Positions 1 through 7,187 of a stretch of DNA of 32,000 nucleotides are shown in pieces. Every line of letters begins with the position of its first letter. The stretch's first letter is position 1. The notes beneath the pieces were generated by a model. It saw only the letters and a list, made by a program, of their open reading frames with translations, was not told the origin of the DNA and did not search any database. Origin of the DNA: Eubacteriales bacterium (GTDB lineage Bacteria > Bacillota > Clostridia > Oscillospirales > CAG-272); contig JBGVPV010000036.1 in the NCBI GenBank assembly GCA_045127215.1, positions 17,137-49,136 of the forward strand, given 5' to 3'. The position numbers were made by a program, and so were the translations under genes.

Positions 1-319
1 TGATGACAAGAAAAAGTATCTCAGAGCCATATCCATCGGGGATGGCTTGTACGACGAAGCGGTGATTCACGTTCGCCGTGCCATCATTTCACTGTGCAAG
101 CACAATTGTAAAAGCGTTATAATCGTTCACAACCATACCACCGGTATTCTGAAGGCTTCCGAGATGGATATGAACACCGCTGAGAAGTTGGGTATCATTT
201 TCGGACACGCAGGCATCAGCATTGAGGGGCATTACGTTTACGCAGACGGTCAATGCATAAAATTCGCAGATAATAATCGTGCGGATTTATTAAGCGCAGA
301 ACAAAAACGAATGAAATAA
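1..319 (+). CDS. RadC-like JAB/MPN+ domain protein, C-terminal part (5' end lies outside the window)
   Basis: Frame 2 is open from nt 2, so the track's TTG at 47 is probably internal. The JAMM signature H-x-H-x7-S-x2-D is intact in VIIVHNHTTGILKASEMD. The sequence is collinear with RadC C-terminal domains, with the canonical HNHPSG replaced by HNHTTG. Confidence 0.75.
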   Translation, partial: DDKKKYLRAISIGDGLYDEAVIHVRRAIISLCKHNCKSVIIVHNHTTGILKASEMDMNTAEKLGIIFGHAGISIEGHYVYADGQCIKFADNNRADLLSAEQKRMK

Positions 320-323
320 AAAC

Positions 324-356
324 CACGGGAGGAATTTATCCTCCCGTGTTATTTTT
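324..356. terminator. Bidirectional rho-independent terminator shared by the RadC-like gene and hom
   Basis: 10-bp stem cacgggagga (324-333) / tcctcccgtg (339-348). An A-run lies upstream and ttattttt downstream. It sits between two convergent stop codons (319 and 358). Confidence 0.75.
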
Positions 357-357
357 A

Positions 358-1557
358 TTAAAGTACTCTGTAAGACGAGATAATTTTATCACCGAGCTTT
401 TCTGAAAGCTTGTCCATATCGCACTCGGTAAGCGCGTTGTCAGTCAGCAATCCGTAAACACCGTCGCAAGACCTGATCACGCCCTCGGGGAGCTGTGCGG
501 AAAGGGAATTATCAGCGAAAACTATAACTCTGCGGCAGGAATATTCAGAAAGATCTGAAATATCGTTATCGGTTGCCGCGGTCCATTCAATAGTTTTCAA
601 GGCGTTATCGCGGTTCTCGATAATATCGATAATATCCGCTACCACCGCGCTTGCCGTGGGGAGCTTCCCGGCACCGGGACCGTAGAACATAACCTCGCCG
701 ACCATATTGGCATTTACCAGCACGCCGTTGAGAACATCGTCGATATGCGACAGGGGATTTGACGAGAAAATAGCTCTTGGTGAAACAAGTGCCAATATCT
801 TGCCGTCCTTTACCTCGGTGTAGCCTATGAGCTTTATGGAAAGACCCAATTCGGCGCATATCTTGGTATCCGTAAGCGTTATTTTGGAGATTCCCTTTGT
901 ATGAATAGTCTTGGGATCGATAAGCTTTCCTGACGCGATAGCCGCAAGTATTGCTGTCTTTCTTGCCGCGTCTATTCCGTCAACGTCAGCTGAGGGATTT
1001 GCTTCGGCGTAGCCGAGCCTCTGGGCGTTGCCGAGAGCGTCGCCAAAGTCAGCACCCGCGTCACGCATCGAGGTAAGTATATAATTTGTCGTTCCGTTGA
1101 GTATTCCGCATATACGGGTGATCTTATTAGAGGAAAGATCGTTGATCAGAGGACGGATTATCGGTATGCCTCCGCCTACGCTCGCCTCAAACAGATAGCG
1201 AACTCCTTGCTCGGCTGCGATCCGACACAGTTCAGCGCCAAACGTAGACACAAGCTCTTTGTTTGCGGTAACGACGTTTTTGCCTGACTCAAGACACGCG
1301 CGGGTAAATTCGTACGCAGGGTGTGAGCCTCCCATCATTTCACCGACCACGCTGATCTCAGGATCGTTTACGATGATATTTATATCGTGAACTATCTTAT
1401 CTGCAAACGGGCTGTCGGGAAAATCACGCAGATCAAGAATGTATTTGATCTCGTAATCGTGACCGACCTTGTTCTTTATTATTTCCTTGTTTTCGGTAAG
1501 GACCTCGGCAGTACCGCTACCGACGACTCCAAACCCCAGCAAAGCGATTTTTATCAT
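358..1557 (-). CDS. hom: Homoserine dehydrogenase
   Basis: 399 aa. N-terminal Rossmann motif LLGFGVVGSG. The central catalytic region and a C-terminal ACT-like region are collinear with bacterial Hom as I recall it. Confidence 0.93.
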   Translation of the reverse strand: MIKIALLGFGVVGSGTAEVLTENKEIIKNKVGHDYEIKYILDLRDFPDSPFADKIVHDINIIVNDPEISVVGEMMGGSHPAYEFTRACLESGKNVVTANKELVSTFGAELCRIAAEQGVRYLFEASVGGGIPIIRPLINDLSSNKITRICGILNGTTNYILTSMRDAGADFGDALGNAQRLGYAEANPSADVDGIDAARKTAILAAIASGKLIDPKTIHTKGISKITLTDTKICAELGLSIKLIGYTEVKDGKILALVSPRAIFSSNPLSHIDDVLNGVLVNANMVGEVMFYGPGAGKLPTASAVVADIIDIIENRDNALKTIEWTAATDNDISDLSEYSCRRVIVFADNSLSAQLPEGVIRSCDGVYGLLTDNALTECDMDKLSEKLGDKIISSYRVL

Positions 1558-1698
1558 AAAAACCTTCCAGAAATTTAAATTATACTATATGATACCATAT
1601 TTTTTCTGAAAATGCAAATAAATTATTGAAAAAAATTAAAAAATGTGATAAAATTATAAAAAAGACAAAACAAGTACACTAAAACCGCGCAGGAGGAT

Positions 1699-2247
1699 AT
1701 GATGGGATCGGTAGTCGGAAGCATGAATAACGTAAAAATATTTATTTTGTATTTGATGCAAAACGTGGGATATCCGCTTGATTTCGTTTCGATAAACGAT
1801 ATAATTATGCAGACCGATTACGTTATGTATCTCGACTTTGCCGTAGCCTTCAACGAAATGCTTGACGCAGGACTTATCGAGAAGCACGAGGTCGACGGGG
1901 AAGAGCTCTACGAGGTGACCGCCAACGGTAAGATAGTTGCCACCGAGCTTAAGAGTGATATCCTCGGTGTCATACTTGATAAGGCACTCTATGCGGCGCT
2001 CAGGTATCTGGATTTCAAAAAGCGCGGCGTAACCGTAAAATTTGATATTGACCCCATGGATGACGGACGCTATAAGATAACCGCAACGTTTGTTGAACGC
2101 GGGGAGTGTATATTCTCTCAGACTATTGTGGTAGACTCCCGCGAAAGAGCCGAGACTATGAAGAAAAATTACTATGAACGTCCCGAGGCGCTCTATAAGG
2201 GAGTGCTTGCAATTTTGTCAGGTAACGTCAATTATATTTTCACTTGA
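1699..2247 (+). CDS. DUF4364-family protein (putative winged-helix regulator)
   Basis: 182 aa. The N-terminal VKIFILYLMQNVGYPLDFVSINDII...YLDFAVAFNEMLDAGLIE matches my recollection of DUF4364 proteins of Clostridia. AGGAGG at 1691-1696 precedes ATG 1699/1702, so the start is ambiguous by one codon. Confidence 0.65.
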   Translation: MMGSVVGSMNNVKIFILYLMQNVGYPLDFVSINDIIMQTDYVMYLDFAVAFNEMLDAGLIEKHEVDGEELYEVTANGKIVATELKSDILGVILDKALYAALRYLDFKKRGVTVKFDIDPMDDGRYKITATFVERGECIFSQTIVVDSRERAETMKKNYYERPEALYKGVLAILSGNVNYIFT

Positions 2248-2353
2248 CGTTTGCTGTGTGAATTGTTAACAAAAAGTGAAAGCGGCTTATGTGAAAAAGT
2301 GACAACTAAATAATTTTTCATCACTTTTTACGAAATTATTTTGTCAAATAGCC

Positions 2354-2381
2354 TTGACATTGTGCAAGTTTATGATATAAT
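2354..2381 (+). promoter_or_regulatory. Sigma-A-type promoter upstream of the sigma-factor gene
   Basis: TTGACA (2354-2359), 16-nt spacer, TATAAT (2376-2381), with an upstream TG (extended -10, tgatataat). Confidence 0.5.
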
Positions 2382-2431
2382 GAATTATATTAGAAGTATT
2401 TTTATACCTATTATCAAGTGGAGGAAATAAG

Positions 2432-3025
2432 GTGGGTTTGCAGAATGACTTAAAGCAGGCAGATGTATCCCAGCTTATACATCGCGCTAAGGGCGGTGAC
2501 GGAGAAGCGTTTGAGATGCTTCTCGAGAAATATACTCCCTTGATAAACGCATCTGTCACAAGATGCTTACAGAACGATCAATATGCTTCTTACGTTGAAG
2601 ATTTTAAGCAGGAAGCAACGCTGGTGTTTTATAATTCAATAATGACTTATGACACAGAGCAGCAGGACGTTGAGTTTGGACTTTACGCACGGATATGCAT
2701 TTCAAACGCACTTGTTTCGCAGCTCAGGGTATTAAAGAAACGCAAAGCAGAAAAACTTTCAGAAACTTCGGACGACGGTTTGTTTGTCAATGGCGAAGAG
2801 GACCCGTCTTTGAGAGTATTGGAGCAGGAAAGCTTAAAAACGCTTTATTCCGTCATAAGAGATAATCTGTCCGAGCTTGAGTATCGCGTATGGAAAATGT
2901 ATATGTCAGGACTTACGGCGCGACAGATAGGAGAGAGTATCGGTAAGGATGAGCGGAGCGTGAGCAACGCTATTTACCGCATACGGAAAAAGCTGAGAGC
3001 TACGCTCCGAAAAAATAATGAATGA
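2432..3025 (+). CDS. Sigma-70 family RNA polymerase sigma factor, SigH-like architecture
   Basis: 197 aa. GTG start 7 nt after GGAGGA (2419-2424). Region 2 (FEMLLEKYTPLINASV...QEATLVFYNSI). A SigH-like FGLYARICISNALVSQL segment. Region 4.2 HTH LSELEYRVWKMYMSGLTARQIGESIGKDERSVSNAIYRIRKKL. Confidence 0.85.
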   Translation: MGLQNDLKQADVSQLIHRAKGGDGEAFEMLLEKYTPLINASVTRCLQNDQYASYVEDFKQEATLVFYNSIMTYDTEQQDVEFGLYARICISNALVSQLRVLKKRKAEKLSETSDDGLFVNGEEDPSLRVLEQESLKTLYSVIRDNLSELEYRVWKMYMSGLTARQIGESIGKDERSVSNAIYRIRKKLRATLRKNNE

Positions 3026-3118
3026 TACGGGAAACCGAATCAGATATAGCTTTCAAGGTAACGTCCATAAAGCCGCGAAAGACAAACAATTCACATAACA
3101 AAGCGAGGTAAAAAACCA

Positions 3119-3430
3119 ATGAATGAAGAAGTAAAGATCGGTATGGAAGAAGAATTTGTTGACGAAACACTTGTATGCAAGGATTGCGGAAATGAATTCG
3201 TATTCACAGCAGGTGAGCAGAGATTCTACAAGGAAAAGGGCTTTATGAACAAGCCTAAGAGCTGCAAGGCATGCCGTGACGCTAAGAAGAACGCAGGCAG
3301 AGCACCCCGTGAATATTTCACAACCGTATGTGCAAAGTGCGGCGGCGAGGCTAAGGTAATATTCCAGCCTTCTAACGACAGACCCGTATATTGCAGTGCT
3401 TGTTTCGAGGAAATGAAGAACGCTCAGTAA
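3119..3430 (+). CDS. Double zinc-ribbon protein (zf-trcl-like N-terminal domain plus CxxC-x17-CxxC C-terminal domain)
   Basis: 103 aa. CKDCGNEFVFTAGEQRFYKEKGFMNKPKSCKACR and CAKCGGEAKVIFQPSNDRPVYCSACF each give a CxxC...CxxC pair. This matches the widespread family of unknown function carrying these two motifs. Confidence 0.8.
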   Translation: MNEEVKIGMEEEFVDETLVCKDCGNEFVFTAGEQRFYKEKGFMNKPKSCKACRDAKKNAGRAPREYFTTVCAKCGGEAKVIFQPSNDRPVYCSACFEEMKNAQ

Positions 3431-3506
3431 TTGAGTCTTTCGCAATAAATGATTTAAATGCCATGGGCGGCAAAGCCGCCTATGGCGGAATATAGATCAG
3501 AAAAAC

Positions 3507-3548
3507 AAAGTTCCACGGTTTATGGACAACTCGTGGAACTTTATTTTT
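3507..3548 (+). terminator. Rho-independent terminator after the zinc-ribbon gene
   Basis: 11-bp stem aaagttccacg (3507-3517) / cgtggaacttt (3532-3542) followed by atttttat. A second strong hairpin without a U-tract lies at 3461-3485 (ccatgggcgg/ccgcctatgg). Confidence 0.75.
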
Positions 3549-3625
3549 ATGTATATTTGGCTAAAATGCCCAAAAAATATCGTTGTATTTCTACATTCGC
3601 CATTAAAAAAATACAATAAAATCTC

Positions 3626-3654
3626 TTGAAAATTAATCGATAATATAGTATAAT
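3626..3654 (+). promoter_or_regulatory. Sigma-A-type promoter for the EF-G paralog
   Basis: TTGAAA (3626-3631), 17-nt spacer, TATAAT (3649-3654). This leaves a leader of about 90 nt containing the hairpin ccgcaagattgcgg just before the GGAGG RBS. Confidence 0.55.
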
Positions 3655-3747
3655 GAGATATCGGCGTTTGATATTCGGGACAGAGTATCATCTGTGCGTA
3701 ATATAATTTTGTAAAGTCCGCAAGATTGCGGAGAAGGAGGAAGCCCA

Positions 3748-5808
3748 ATGGCTATAATTGAAACCAAAAGAATTCGTAACGTTGCATTGCTCGGACACGG
3801 TGGAAGCGGAAAGACTTCACTTGCAGAGGCAATGCTGTATATAACGGGTGCAACAGACCGTATCGGAAAGGTTGCTGACGGAAATACTGTATCGGACTTC
3901 GATCCTGAGGAGACAAAGAGAGGATTTTCACTTTCTACGTCCATTATGAATATGACTTGGAAGGATTCCAAGATTAATTTGCTTGATACCCCCGGTTATC
4001 TTGACTTCGTAGGAGAAGTAGGACAGGCACTCAGAGTTGCTGACAGCGCGATCATTCTCGTTGACGGTAAGGCAGGTATCGAGGTAGGAACCGAGATGGC
4101 GTGGGGCTATGCTGAGGCACTTGATCTCCCTCGCGCATTCTTCATTAACAAGTTTGACGATAACGACGCTCGTTTCGCAAGAGTTCTTGACGATCTTCAT
4201 CTTACGTTCGGAAAGAACATTTGCCCTCTTACCATTCCTATGGTTAAGGATGGAGAGGTTAAGGGTTGTATCGACCTTATCGAGCAGATCGCTCACGTAT
4301 TTGACGCAAACGGACGTCACAGCGTAGAGAAGATTCCGGACGAGTCTCTTGAGGCTGTTGAAAAGTACCGCGATATGCTTATGGAAGCTGTTGCAAGTAC
4401 TGACGAGGATCTTATGATGAAGTACTTCGAGGGCGAAGAGATCACTTACATGGAAGCTATCAATGCAGTTCACGAGGGTATCATTAACGGTGATATCGTT
4501 CCCGTATTCTGCGGTGCTGCTACAAAGCTCTGGGGCGTATGGACCATGCTTGACAAGATCACCGAGTCCTTCCCGAGACATACCGCTAAGAAGTGCGAAA
4601 AGCTTGCTGACGGCGGCGAGGCTGAGATAGTTCCCGAGGGAGAGCCTTCACTCTTCGTATTTAAGACAGTTGCAGACCCGTTCGTAGGTAAGATGTCTTA
4701 CTTCAAGGTAATGAACGGTACCGTTAAGCGCGACCTTCTTATGAAGAACAATACCACAGGTGACAGCGAAAAGCTCGCTCACATTTACGTAATGAACGGC
4801 AAGAAGCAGACCGAGGTTGACGAGCTTGCTTGCGGTGATATCGGTATGGTTGCAAAGCTTACGGGCACTAATACCAACGATACGCTTACCTGGAACAAGG
4901 AGCTTGCGTTCGCACCTATCGTATATCCCACACCTTACTATACAAAGGCTATGATCCCCGCATCCGCAAAGGACGAGGGTAAGATCTCCCAGAGTATCGT
5001 TAAGATGATCGAGGAAGACCTCACGCTTAAGTATGAGAACAACCCCGAGACCAAGCAGATGCTTGTATCCGGACTTGGTGAGATGCATATGGCAGTTCTT
5101 GCAGCAAAGCTTAAGAACCGCTTTGGAGTAACGGTAAACTTTGAAGAGCCTAAGATCGCATATCGCGAGAAGATAACCAAGAGAGTTGACGTAGAAGGAA
5201 AGCATAAGAAGCAGAACGGTGGTTCCGGTCAGTACGGTCACGTTAAGATTCGTTTCGCGCCTTCCGAGTCCGAGGGACTTGAATTTACAGTATCCGTTGT
5301 CGGCGGAACAGTTCCTAAGAACTTCTATCCTGCAGTTGAAAAAGGACTTCAGGACGCTATGGCAAAGGGCGTTGCAGGTTTCCCAATGGTAGGACTTGCT
5401 GCTGACCTTTACGACGGTTCTTATCATGACGTTGACTCCGATGAAATCTCCTTCAAGACCGCGGCTAACCTCGCATACAAGAAGTGTCTCGAGCAGGCGG
5501 CTCCCGTTCTTCTCGAGCCTGTTGGAGATCTTGATATTACCGTTCCCGACTCTCTCGTTGGTGACGTAATGGGTGACCTTAACAAGCGCCGTGGCGCAGT
5601 TATGGGTATGGATCCCGCTGAAGGTAAGAAGGGTTATTCCGTAGTTCACGCTATCGCTCCTAAGGCAGAGCTCGTTGACTATCCTACCGTTCTCCGTGCT
5701 ATGACACAGGGACGCGGAAGCTTTGAGTTTGCAGTAAACGGCTACGACGTAGTTCCCGGCAATATCTCTGCAAAGATAGTTGAAAACTATAAGAAAGAAA
5801 ACGCATAA
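3748..5808 (+). CDS. Elongation factor G family GTPase (stand-alone paralog, EF-G2-like)
   Basis: 686 aa. G1 GHGGSGKT, G3 DTPG, G4 NKFD. Domains II-V are collinear with EF-G. It is not in an rpsL-rpsG-fusA-tuf context. Confidence 0.9.
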   Translation: MAIIETKRIRNVALLGHGGSGKTSLAEAMLYITGATDRIGKVADGNTVSDFDPEETKRGFSLSTSIMNMTWKDSKINLLDTPGYLDFVGEVGQALRVADSAIILVDGKAGIEVGTEMAWGYAEALDLPRAFFINKFDDNDARFARVLDDLHLTFGKNICPLTIPMVKDGEVKGCIDLIEQIAHVFDANGRHSVEKIPDESLEAVEKYRDMLMEAVASTDEDLMMKYFEGEEITYMEAINAVHEGIINGDIVPVFCGAATKLWGVWTMLDKITESFPRHTAKKCEKLADGGEAEIVPEGEPSLFVFKTVADPFVGKMSYFKVMNGTVKRDLLMKNNTTGDSEKLAHIYVMNGKKQTEVDELACGDIGMVAKLTGTNTNDTLTWNKELAFAPIVYPTPYYTKAMIPASAKDEGKISQSIVKMIEEDLTLKYENNPETKQMLVSGLGEMHMAVLAAKLKNRFGVTVNFEEPKIAYREKITKRVDVEGKHKKQNGGSGQYGHVKIRFAPSESEGLEFTVSVVGGTVPKNFYPAVEKGLQDAMAKGVAGFPMVGLAADLYDGSYHDVDSDEISFKTAANLAYKKCLEQAAPVLLEPVGDLDITVPDSLVGDVMGDLNKRRGAVMGMDPAEGKKGYSVVHAIAPKAELVDYPTVLRAMTQGRGSFEFAVNGYDVVPGNISAKIVENYKKENA

Positions 5809-5821
5809 TTAAAATATTACA

Positions 5822-5858
5822 GTAGCCGCCCATTTGGGCGGCTACTTATTTTTCTTTT
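5822..5858 (+). terminator. Rho-independent terminator of the EF-G paralog
   Basis: 10-bp GC-rich stem gtagccgccc (5822-5831) / gggcggctac (5836-5845), then ttatttttctttt. The U-tract is also the left arm of repeat R1. Confidence 0.85.
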
Positions 5859-5925
5859 GAAAAAGAAAAAGGTAAGCAAAAGAAAACACTTACTTTTCTT
5901 TTGAAAAAGAAAAGGTAAGCAAAAG
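5845..5925. repeat. Tandem copies R1 (5845-5888) and R2 (5889-5925) of a ~43-nt hairpin-forming repeat
   Basis: R1 is cttatttttcttttgaaaaagaaaaaggtaagcaaaagaaaaca. R2 is cttacttttcttttgaaaaagaaaaggtaagcaaaagg. The core cttac-ttttctttt-ga-aaaagaaaa-g-gtaag is an imperfect palindrome. A third copy lies at 7216-7258. Confidence 0.9.
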
Positions 5926-5930
5926 GCTGG

Positions 5931-5944
5931 TTCTCATAAGGAAG
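5931..5944. repeat. Left copy of a 14-bp inverted repeat (ttctcataaggaag)
   Basis: An exact reverse complement is present at 7188-7201 (cttccttatgagaa). A third copy with a 1-nt deletion lies inside the addA terminator (7282-7296). Confidence 0.85.
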
Positions 5945-5958
5945 TTTGATATTGTTTT

Positions 5959-6006
5959 GTAGGGGCGTTCATCGAACGCCCGCGGGCGACCAATGATCGC
6001 CCCTAC
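5959..6006. repeat. GC-rich compound palindromic element E1
   Basis: Outer 9-bp arms gtaggggcg (5959-5967) / cgcccctac (5998-6006). Inner tcat/atga pairing and a self-complementary cgcccgcgggcg core. G+C is far above that of the surrounding spacer. Confidence 0.75.
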
Positions 6007-6029
6007 GGATAAACAAATTTGATCCGCAG

Positions 6030-6092
6030 AAAACAAATAATAAACCCCGACAGATTTAAATTAATGTCTGTCGGGGTTTGTTTTATTTTGTT
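6030..6092. terminator. Bidirectional terminator downstream of the orphan minus-strand gene
   Basis: Stem aaaccccgacag (6042-6053) / ctgtcggggttt (6068-6079). It is flanked by T-rich runs on both strands: tttgttttattttg on the plus strand and tttattatttgtttt on the minus strand. Confidence 0.75.
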
Positions 6093-6126
6093 CGACAAAT
6101 TGGAATTTGTGAGTTACCAATTACAA

Positions 6127-6816
6127 TTATTGATGTTTTATAATTCGCATACCTTCCACAACACCAAAGCCGTATGTATCCATAAAAATGCTTGATTCCT
6201 TGATGCAATAAATTTTATTCTTTGTTATTATGATAGGAACAAAAAATTTTTTGTACTTATATGGGTGGGATTTCACATCTAACATAGTTGACTTTATATA
6301 TTTTTCAATTATTGAAATATTTTCTTCAATATTATCATTTAGAAAGATATATCCGATGTTGTAAGTAGTCATACCTTTACTAAAATTTTCTAAAATTGCT
6401 TGAATATCAACAAGTTCGTTTGCTTTGTTTATTATCACACAATAGCGATTAACTATACTTCCATCTCCGCAATTTACGTCAATCTCTTTGTGTAAGATTC
6501 CTTTGCTGATTGAATACCCATCTTTTAATAATCTGTTATAAAGCTCGCCTTCTGAAACAGATATATCCACAATGGAAAAATCCAAATTATCAATTTTTAT
6601 ATTAAGTTTATTGATATCATACTCGGTGAGCTTTCTATAGTTTACAGCAATATAAAAAATTGCTCCAATCAAACAAAGACACGAACAGGCACTAAATACA
6701 TAAAAAGCAATTTCGTTTTCTGCTTTAATTGAAAGTCCACCAATAAACAAAAATATAGTCAGCACAAGCAATATGGAAAAAATTACGAAAGTTAAAATAT
6801 ATTTTTTCGTTGTCAT
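6127..6816 (-). CDS. Orphan hypothetical membrane protein (two N-terminal TM helices plus a ~150-aa domain of unknown function)
   Basis: The track ORF is 6127-6870. I prefer Met19 (ATG at 6816-6814) because AGGAG lies 5 nt upstream and no SD precedes 6870. TM1 is YILTFVIFSILLVLTIFLFIGGL and TM2 is IAFYVFSACSCLCLIGAIFYIAV. I recognise no family. Hand-counted 60-nt lines give about 25% G+C, versus about 48% in addA. Confidence 0.6.
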   Translation of the reverse strand: MTTKKYILTFVIFSILLVLTIFLFIGGLSIKAENEIAFYVFSACSCLCLIGAIFYIAVNYRKLTEYDINKLNIKIDNLDFSIVDISVSEGELYNRLLKDGYSISKGILHKEIDVNCGDGSIVNRYCVIINKANELVDIQAILENFSKGMTTYNIGYIFLNDNIEENISIIEKYIKSTMLDVKSHPYKYKKFFVPIIITKNKIYCIKESSIFMDTYGFGVVEGMRIIKHQ

Positions 6817-6890
6817 AAATACTCCTTTCAAAATGTACTTTAAACAGTTCGTCAAATTCTTATTTATCATTCTACTTTATCGCCAGTTTC

Positions 6891-6909
6891 GCCTTTGTAT
6901 TACAAAGGC
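6891..6909. repeat. Short palindrome in the orphan-gene leader
   Basis: gcctttgta-t-tacaaaggc, with 9-nt arms. Confidence 0.6.
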
Positions 6910-6948
6910 ACAGGGCTAATCCCATACCCCTAAGGTTGCACGTATCAA

Positions 6949-7082
6949 AGGCTCCCTCCGGGAGGGAGCTCCCGACGGAGTCGGGTGAGGGAGAGCGCGT
7001 TACCATAAAGTCAATCTAACCTCAAAGTCACGCAGGCTCCTTCCGTCACGCTTCGCGTGCCTCCTTCCTCCCGGAGGAAGGC
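6949..7082. repeat. GC-rich multi-hairpin element E3 (four consecutive stem-loops in two related half-units)
   Basis: H1 gctccct/agggagc (6951-6969). H2 cccgac/gtcggg (6971-6985). H3 cacgc/gcgtg (7047-7059). H4 ccttcctcc/ggaggaagg (7063-7081). The half-units begin with aggctccctcc (6949) and aggctccttcc (7034). Confidence 0.75.
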
Positions 7083-7110
7083 TTTTCGTTAACCCCATTA
7101 TAACACAAAT

Positions 7111-7136
7111 CGGCAGAGAAAACAATATCTCTGCCG
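7111..7136. other. 9-bp hairpin (cggcagaga/tctctgccg), overlapping a possible minus-strand extended -10 promoter (7097-7125)
   Basis: On the minus strand the hairpin is followed by atttgtgttataatgggg. tgttataat (reverse complement of 7097-7105) fits TGnTATAAT, with ttgttt 17 nt upstream. It could be a secondary terminator, a promoter for the orphan gene, or neither. Confidence 0.3.
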
Positions 7137-7151
7137 AAATTTATGTGTCAC

Positions 7152-7173
7152 GGACCGTCGAGGACGCCGGTCC
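7152..7173. repeat. GC-rich palindromic element E2
   Basis: ggaccg (7152-7157) / cggtcc (7168-7173) enclosing tcgaggacgc. It has the same style as E1: a GC-rich hairpin in AT-rich spacer. Confidence 0.6.
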
Positions 7174-7187
7174 CTATAAATTGTAAT

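Noticed and set aside
3053-3445. 130-aa minus-strand ORF overlapping the zinc-ribbon gene.
   Set aside because: It is antisense to a gene with two clear CxxC...CxxC zinc-ribbon motifs and a good RBS. Its translation has no features.
5845-5925. Tandem R1/R2 repeats considered as a tiny CRISPR array or as integron attC sites.
   Set aside because: The two copies are directly abutting with no spacers, they are AT-rich, and no cas genes are present, so this is not CRISPR. No R''/L''-L'/R' (GTTRRRY) attC core sites and no intI integrase are visible, so an integron cassette is unsupported.
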